Below are positions 57,778-64,000 of a stretch of DNA of 64,000 nt, piece after piece. Source of the DNA: Euryarchaeota archaeon UBA23 (lineage in GTDB: Archaea > Thermoplasmatota > Poseidoniia > Poseidoniales > Thalassarchaeaceae); the NCBI GenBank assembly GCA_002498725.1, contig DAIJ01000016.1, positions 6,349-70,348 of the forward strand. Direction: 5' to 3'. Position numbers and translations under genes: made by a program. Under the pieces are notes generated by a model that saw only the letters and a list, made by a program, of their open reading frames with translations, did not search any database and was not told the DNA's origin. Each line of letters opens with the position of its first letter. Positions within the stretch are counted from its first letter, which is position 1.

Positions 57778-60381
57778 ATGACTGATCCCCCTCCCCCCCC
57801 TCCTCCTCCGGGCTTCCCTCCTATGCCCCCTCCCCCTCCACCTCCTCCCGGTTTTGAGGTCGAAGAAGATGAAGAACAGTCTAGTGATTTATTGAATGAA
57901 CCGAGTTTTGATGAGGGGGTTCAGAATGAATTATCTGATGCCCTAACGCCACCTCCACTACCCCCAGAAATTTCTACACCACCACCTCCCTCAATGCCCA
58001 AACCGCCCATCCCTTCAGAACTAGAGGGGGTGGTTGATAAGATGGAACAAACTTCAATGGAAAAAGACCCATCTTTCGAATTAATAGTCGAACCAGATCA
58101 GGGTGTACTGGAAGAAGATATTGGTAATTTTAATAATGCTGAGAATCTGGATTTTTCCGAATCTGAAGTTGATTCATCTCTGGAATCAGCACTTTCATCA
58201 TTTGATTTTGATGAGGCGGAGACTCAATCTTCTGATGAAAATGAGTTTACAAAATATTCCGATGAGTCATTATCTAGCAGCCTTAGACCTGCATCCGAAG
58301 TTGATTCAATCCCAGGTGACAAACTCTATGTGACTCTAAAAGAAAAGGAGGAGTCAGTAGTAAATCCAGATGGAACAATCCGTCAACAATCAATTGATGG
58401 TGAGTTAATACTCAGAAATTCAAGCAGAAAAGATAGAGCTTGGGATATAGAGGTTAGCTTATCAAATACCGGAGCTACTGATATTGGTGGTGGGTCAATA
58501 AATGTGCGAGAATTAGATGCAACTGAATCAACAACCTTGCCATATACTGCTTCAGGGCCAAAGATGATGGTCATTAGAGAGCACATTGATACAGAGCCAG
58601 AAAGACCTCAAGAATCTTCCCTATCTATGGTTTTGTCTCCAAATCCACAAGAGGTACTCATACGAATAATCGCTGAAAATCATGCCCCGGTCGCTCTTTC
58701 TGATGTAGAGATTAGAAGATCTTTACCAGAAAATTTTCAACTTTCGGAAGGGCCTGAATATGATATCAAGGACTCCGAACTTGTATGGCGAATTGGTAGG
58801 CTGCCAGTAGGTGAGATAGCTTCTCTAGAAATACGTCCAGAGGTTACTACAAGATCAATTCAAAGATTTTCTACCGGAGTTTTAAGGGCGATGTATAGTT
58901 CTGAATCAACAGTATCTAGGGCCAAATTTGAAACAGTTAAGAGTAGAGCACGGCAATTTGGATATGTTAGCCCTAAGGAAGATGATCGTCCGGATGTTTT
59001 CCATTGCAAATTGGTTGTCGAAAACCGTTCCTCTTTCGTAGTTAATCTTTCATCAGCCACAGTGTGGGTGGCAGGACGCAATGATCCCTTCTTGGAATTA
59101 GAAGATATTCGAGAGGAAATACCCCCAGAGGGTTTGTGGGATTCTGTTGATAAGAGGATTGAGGCAATAGAAAGGCCAAATTTCACTCATGAGATTGATT
59201 ACTCAATATTACCAAGAGCCAATGTTGAATCAACTGGACAAATAGAGGTTAAAGAACGAAGCATAAAAGTATTAGATGCCACAGTTAATAAGAGGTTTAG
59301 CATAAGTCGAATTAGATCTTATGTTTCTTCTGAATTAGACGCCTCAATTATAGTTAAAAATACTGGTTCAGCACCAATAAATGTAATACGTTTACTTGAT
59401 GATGTACCCGGAGTTTTCTTACCACCTTCTCCAGATGGTATTCGTGTTGAAATTGAAGGCGTTGATTTGAAAGAAGATCAATATAGAATAGAAGTAGTTG
59501 ATGGTACACAAATAGAAGAGGAATTAATTTCCCCTGATTCTCAAGGTCATGCGTTGCGAATAACAGTTGGTACCTCTGCACCTTTAGGCCTGCAACCGGG
59601 GAAATCATTGCTGATAAATTACCCTCTTGTAGCTGAAGATCCATCTCCTATGAATGATTGCTTAGCAGGACCTATACGTGCTGATTTTAGTATGGAAAGG
59701 TTCGGTCCCGTTGCAACTAGACATTGCGTAAAATCTCCTATGGTAAGAGTTGTACATCGAAGGAGACGTTATTCTACAGGAAAAGAAATATTCCCATCAG
59801 CAGGACCTGGTTGCTATGAGATTATTTTGATGTTCCAAAATGATTCAGACAGCGCACTTGAGGATCTTATTCTACAAGACGTAGTCCCTGGTACATTTAA
59901 TATTGAAAATTCAGTAGTTAGATCTAACCAGTCTGGAGAAAAATCAGTTGACTATTCCAAAGAATCGGCGAGAGAAGGCACACATGTTTCTTGGCCAATT
60001 GGTAGAATTGAAAAAGACGAAAGAATAGAGGTATCATTCGAAATTAGAGGAGATCCAGAAAGCGAATTCAAGGTTTCTGATGCTCAGGATTATCATGGTG
60101 CCAGCTTTGGTGATGAAGTTGATGAAGAACCTAATTTGCCTGAATGGGTTGACGAGAATATAAGAGCAAGTTCTAGGAATGTAATATCCGAGGTGGAAGA
60201 AAGTAATTTTGATGAGGTCATTGAAAATTCTATTCAGAACATCTCATCTTTAGACAATGAATCTGAAGAAATTCATTCTCCCGGATCATTAGATTCTGCC
60301 TCTGGTGACTGTCCAGTATGTGGGACAGAGTCTTCATTGGGGGCATCATCTTGCGAAACTTGTGGTTATCAATTCAAGTGA
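57778..60381 (+). CDS. Cytoplasmic protein: polyproline N-terminus, acidic linker, mu-homology-like and Ig-like beta-sandwich domains, C-terminal zinc ribbon
   Basis: PPPPPPPPGFPPMPPPPPPPPGF; LYVTLKEKEESVVNPDGTIRQQSIDGELILRN; VEIRRSLP...YD....LVWRIGRL; CPVC..CETCGY. No signal peptide or TM. An in-frame ATG also lies at 57727. Confidence 0.8.
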   Translation: MTDPPPPPPPPGFPPMPPPPPPPPGFEVEEDEEQSSDLLNEPSFDEGVQNELSDALTPPPLPPEISTPPPPSMPKPPIPSELEGVVDKMEQTSMEKDPSFELIVEPDQGVLEEDIGNFNNAENLDFSESEVDSSLESALSSFDFDEAETQSSDENEFTKYSDESLSSSLRPASEVDSIPGDKLYVTLKEKEESVVNPDGTIRQQSIDGELILRNSSRKDRAWDIEVSLSNTGATDIGGGSINVRELDATESTTLPYTASGPKMMVIREHIDTEPERPQESSLSMVLSPNPQEVLIRIIAENHAPVALSDVEIRRSLPENFQLSEGPEYDIKDSELVWRIGRLPVGEIASLEIRPEVTTRSIQRFSTGVLRAMYSSESTVSRAKFETVKSRARQFGYVSPKEDDRPDVFHCKLVVENRSSFVVNLSSATVWVAGRNDPFLELEDIREEIPPEGLWDSVDKRIEAIERPNFTHEIDYSILPRANVESTGQIEVKERSIKVLDATVNKRFSISRIRSYVSSELDASIIVKNTGSAPINVIRLLDDVPGVFLPPSPDGIRVEIEGVDLKEDQYRIEVVDGTQIEEELISPDSQGHALRITVGTSAPLGLQPGKSLLINYPLVAEDPSPMNDCLAGPIRADFSMERFGPVATRHCVKSPMVRVVHRRRRYSTGKEIFPSAGPGCYEIILMFQNDSDSALEDLILQDVVPGTFNIENSVVRSNQSGEKSVDYSKESAREGTHVSWPIGRIEKDERIEVSFEIRGDPESEFKVSDAQDYHGASFGDEVDEEPNLPEWVDENIRASSRNVISEVEESNFDEVIENSIQNISSLDNESEEIHSPGSLDSASGDCPVCGTESSLGASSCETCGYQFK

Positions 60382-60439
60382 TATAATTGATATTTCATAT
60401 ATCTCGAGCCGAATCCTTCAATTGAGTTCGTCATAACGA

Positions 60440-61363
60440 ATGCACATGGCCGCGCCCACTGGAGCCTCACATGACCCCAATATGGGCATGGGTGGCATGA
60501 TGATGCCGATGATGGTCATTCTTGGTCTGATGCTGGCTGTTTCTATGATAGATGGTTTGAGGACGGGGTTGTCTGATGCAGCGGCTTTAGTAATTGAACC
60601 CACCATTCCTTTCCATGATGTATGGTTTATTCCTACTGTATTCATCATAGGAACTTCAATAATGGTAGTAAATACGATAATACGTGCTTTTTTCACTGAT
60701 CCATTGACTATGGTTCATAATCAACATCGGAACAAGCAGATTAATGCTCAATTACGAGACGCTCAGGCTTCAAGAGATAATGCAAGGGCGGAGAAAATGC
60801 GTACTTTGCAGATGCATATGATGCCAGAATCGATGAAACAACAAGGAGATCAGATGAGACCAGTCATGTTTACCATAGTATTCATATTCGCGATTTTTAA
60901 CTGGATGGCTGAGTCCTCAGCCGATTTCCGTGTTGATTACGTTAGTCTTCCATGGGAACCAATGTGGTCAATGAATAATCGTATTTTGTGGATATTGCCC
61001 GCATGGGTTATAACTTACATCAGTATGAGTGCTCCACTGGGTAGAATTATTGATCGCCATTTGAAAATACTTAGGCTTGCTAGGCACCCATTAGTAGTTG
61101 CTGGAGATCTAATTCCAGAGCCATTACTCCATTTACTCAAAGAAGACAAATCAACATCTTCAATTAAGACTCAACGTAGTCAGCGAAGAACAAGAGACGG
61201 CCCTCGAAAAACAGGTTCTCAAAACTCTCCACAAAAATCAGGGAATCAACATTCAGCTCCTCCTAAATCTGGAACAAAATGTAAGTCTTGTAATTCTACA
61301 CTAGTGACCAGAACTACCAATGGACGAATTCGATGTGAAGTATGTAGAAATGAGTGGAGGTGA
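60440..61363 (+). CDS. DUF106 / EMC3-TMCO1 (Oxa1 superfamily) membrane insertase with C-terminal basic tail and zinc ribbon
   Basis: TM, coiled coil, QMRPVMFTIV.IF.IFNWM, then P.W..TY...S. Upstream of cmk-cbf5, as in the conserved archaeal context. Confidence 0.85.
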   Translation: MHMAAPTGASHDPNMGMGGMMMPMMVILGLMLAVSMIDGLRTGLSDAAALVIEPTIPFHDVWFIPTVFIIGTSIMVVNTIIRAFFTDPLTMVHNQHRNKQINAQLRDAQASRDNARAEKMRTLQMHMMPESMKQQGDQMRPVMFTIVFIFAIFNWMAESSADFRVDYVSLPWEPMWSMNNRILWILPAWVITYISMSAPLGRIIDRHLKILRLARHPLVVAGDLIPEPLLHLLKEDKSTSSIKTQRSQRRTRDGPRKTGSQNSPQKSGNQHSAPPKSGTKCKSCNSTLVTRTTNGRIRCEVCRNEWR

Positions 61364-61367
61364 TTTA

Positions 61368-61901
61368 TTGACTAAAGTCACAATTAGTGGCCCTCCTGGA
61401 AGTGGAACTTCTACATTGGTATCTAAGATTGTAGAATCAACAGGTTGGTCTTCTCTAAATGGTGGTGAGGTATTTCGTAGTGAGGCCAATCGTAGAAAAA
61501 TGAGTCTTCATGAATTCAGCGAACTTTGTAGATCAAATCTTGATGTTGACCGATCGCTAGATGCATTGTTGAAAGAAGCGATGATCCAAAATGATGGACC
61601 CGACATAATAGAGAGTCGTTTATCTGGTTGGTGGGCCCATAAGCTAAAAATTGATTGTCAACGTATATGGATACATACATCTGATGAGGAAAGAGCACTA
61701 AGAATACAGAAAAGAGAAGGTGGTGATTTTTCCGATCGCCTAGATCAATCAAAGAGGCGTCAGAGTGCAGACAAAGATCGTTATATGACTCTATATGACA
61801 TTGATCTTGATGACATGTCCCCCTATACATTTGTCGTCGATGCTGATCAACTATCTGCTGAAGAGGTATATTCAATTGTGATTAAACATCTGGAGGTATA
61901 A
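61368..61901 (+). CDS. cmk: Cytidylate kinase (archaeal type)
   Basis: ISGPPGSGTST, G..FR..A, DR.LD, ESRL.GW, R..RI.KRE, RY...Y.ID.DD.S.Y. TTG start after GGAGGTGA. Confidence 0.9.
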   Translation: MTKVTISGPPGSGTSTLVSKIVESTGWSSLNGGEVFRSEANRRKMSLHEFSELCRSNLDVDRSLDALLKEAMIQNDGPDIIESRLSGWWAHKLKIDCQRIWIHTSDEERALRIQKREGGDFSDRLDQSKRRQSADKDRYMTLYDIDLDDMSPYTFVVDADQLSAEEVYSIVIKHLEV

Positions 61902-61903
61902 TC

Positions 61904-62866
61904 ATGAATCATATAATTTTAGAAAATGATGCCATTACTGATGATCGTTATGGAATTTCTCCAAATGATCGTAGTCTTGAGTCTCTTTTAGATGCAGGTG
62001 TAATACTTGTTGACAAACCACGTGGACCAACCAGTCATCAATTAACAGCTTGGACCCGTGAAATATTAGGGATACATCGACTAGGTCATGGCGGTACTTT
62101 GGATCCTTTTGCAACAGGATTACTGACGATGCTTTCAGGTAAGGCGACACGTCTAACTGATTTGGTACTCACCGGAGATAAGAGATATATTGCTGTAGTA
62201 AGATTTGGTAGAGATGTTGATCAAAATGAATTACAAAAGACTCTTGAAAATCTCACAGGAGAAATATACAACGTGCCTCCTTTGGAATCAGCGGTTAAGG
62301 TAAGAGTTAGAACAAGAATAATTCATTCTTTTGATTTAATTGATTCAGAAATAGAATCACGTTTGGCAGTACTCTCAATATCATGTAACGCAGGAACTTA
62401 TATCAGAACGTTGGCCAGAGATATGGGTTTGATATTGTCTACATCATGTGAATTACTTGAGTTGCATCGTGATAGAACTGGTGACTTTGTACAGACTGAT
62501 GCATGTACAATGCAACAATTAATTGATGCGGTCTTCTTATGGAAAGAACACGATGACGACCGTGCTTTGAAGAGACTAATTGCTCCTGTGGAATCAATAC
62601 TTACTAGTTTGCCAAGAATTGTTGTAAAGGATGGTGCAGCAGGTGCCATATCGCATGGAGCGGCACTTGCTAGACCCGGTATTGTTAGTATAGACGCTGG
62701 AATAGAAGAAGGCTCTAATGTAGTTCTTCAGACTTTAAAGGGTGAAGCAATAGCGATTGCAGAAACAAGATACAATACTGAGAAAATCATCTCTATGGAA
62801 AATGGAAATATAGCTCAACCCAAGGTGGTTCTCATCCAGCCTGATGTTTATCCACAAACGTGGTAG
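61904..62866 (+). CDS. cbf5: H/ACA RNA-guided pseudouridine synthase Cbf5 (TruB family, PUA domain)
   Basis: DKPRGPTSHQ, GHGGTLDP, PP..SAVK..R.R, C.AGTYIR, GA.LA.PGI, TLKGEA, YP..W. Confidence 0.94.
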   Translation: MNHIILENDAITDDRYGISPNDRSLESLLDAGVILVDKPRGPTSHQLTAWTREILGIHRLGHGGTLDPFATGLLTMLSGKATRLTDLVLTGDKRYIAVVRFGRDVDQNELQKTLENLTGEIYNVPPLESAVKVRVRTRIIHSFDLIDSEIESRLAVLSISCNAGTYIRTLARDMGLILSTSCELLELHRDRTGDFVQTDACTMQQLIDAVFLWKEHDDDRALKRLIAPVESILTSLPRIVVKDGAAGAISHGAALARPGIVSIDAGIEEGSNVVLQTLKGEAIAIAETRYNTEKIISMENGNIAQPKVVLIQPDVYPQTW

Positions 62867-63082
62867 GGGAAATACGTATTACTGCATTTCATGCTCTTCA
62901 TATACCCATTCATCAGTCTCAATACGAACTCTCAGTTTCATCATCACAAACACACACCAGCGCCTCATTGAATGAGTGCGGTAAGGTGATTTGGACATCC
63001 ATCCATGTATAATGATTCCCCGATTTTTAATGATTATCAGCCTTACCAAGGTTTAGAATATCATGTTCTGTGAAATTATCAT

Positions 63083-64000
63083 TTACTTGCTATATGGCTT
63101 CCTAAGACGCCCGGGTCCAAATTGTAAAAGCAGTAAAGCAGTGAATAAAATAGCAATTGCTGAAAACATAATTAATATTCCAAAATCATCCTCGTTTTTG
63201 TCATCATTATTATCTATGGCTCTAGATTGTATTGTCATTGAAAATTCATTATTTTCTTCATTACTCTCCTCTACTGAATTAGTGCCATCAACTATCCCCC
63301 TAATAATCAAATCTCCATGATTAGATACTTGAGTATCACATGTGGCAATACCAAGTCCTCCCGGTGCCAGAGTATCGATCATTTCCGAACCAACCAAAAT
63401 ACCATCTAACCAGCATCTTATATCTATCATATCAGCAATTCCTCTTCCTTGGTTGCGCACATATATCTTTATTTGGACTATTTCTCCTTCGGCTATATTT
63501 TCTATAGTACTTCCACCTCTCCATATTTCTAGATTTTCAATCAATAAATCAGGCATTGCAGTTACTACAACTTCAATACTTTGAGTAAATTCATTAGTTC
63601 CGTCACTAACACTAATTTCTACAGTATGCACACCTGGCTCAACTGGAGTAAGAGACAAATCTCCAAATTCGTCGATTGTCACCCATGATCGGGAAATTGT
63701 AATTGACAAATCATCACTATCTGGGTCGAAAATTTCTATATCTAAAACTCTACTTGATCCGAGTTCAATATATGTTGATGTCGGTAGTCCACTAACCACA
63801 GGGGGGTCTTCTATAGGGGTTAATTCTACGTTGAATCCTCCATGCCATATGTTGCCGCTTTCATCGATTACATTAATTTCTATATGCGCTAAACCTACGG
63901 CATTATTTATTGGTTGTATACGTATATCGCCATCGATTGTTGAAACTTCTACTAGGTTTGTATTTTCACTCCATGCTTCCACAATAAGATTCTCCCAAGA
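63083..64000 (-). CDS. C-terminal part of a large surface protein (cadherin/Ig-like domains, CARDB, TM anchor), truncated by the window edge
   Basis: The frame is open to 64000. EDPPV, DPDSD.L, VSDG, PDLLI..., VRNQG, VEESNEENN (CARDB). TM FGILIMFSAIAILFTALLLL. Confidence 0.85.
   Translation of the reverse strand, partial: SWENLIVEAWSENTNLVEVSTIDGDIRIQPINNAVGLAHIEINVIDESGNIWHGGFNVELTPIEDPPVVSGLPTSTYIELGSSRVLDIEIFDPDSDDLSITISRSWVTIDEFGDLSLTPVEPGVHTVEISVSDGTNEFTQSIEVVVTAMPDLLIENLEIWRGGSTIENIAEGEIVQIKIYVRNQGRGIADMIDIRCWLDGILVGSEMIDTLAPGGLGIATCDTQVSNHGDLIIRGIVDGTNSVEESNEENNEFSMTIQSRAIDNNDDKNEDDFGILIMFSAIAILFTALLLLQFGPGRLRKPYSK

Overview
This is a 64-kb, AT-rich, gene-dense archaeal chromosome segment. 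The gene content points to Marine Group II Euryarchaeota (Ca. Poseidoniales, Thermoplasmatota); this is an inference. Evidence includes rpoE1-spt4-rps24e-rps27ae, archaeal alaS, RtcB and archease, DTD2, Cbf5, DGGGP synthase, a GPN GTPase, DUF106-cmk-cbf5 without L34e/L14e, and many giant acidic surface proteins. About 45 CDS and three intron-less tRNAs (Ser-GGA, Thr-GGT, Glu-CTC) are supported. No CRISPR array, transposase, integrase or rRNA was seen. About 38% of the window encodes six large secreted or membrane-anchored repeat proteins. The most notable observations are: (1) a cytoplasmic protein with a polyproline N-terminus and a region resembling the mu-homology domain of eukaryotic coat adaptors, next to a GPN GTPase and an EMC3/Oxa1-type insertase; (2) a polar amino-acid ABC permease fused to a Ycf48/BNR beta-propeller, with no binding-protein gene in the locus; (3) a Ca-binding DxDxDG repeat protein carrying an inserted, lysine-less biotinyl/lipoyl domain; (4) a CdrS-like RHH regulator with a palindromic operator, a small ORF and a hairpin terminator; (5) a structured leader before rpoE1. 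All family assignments come from motif recognition by eye; no database searches were run.
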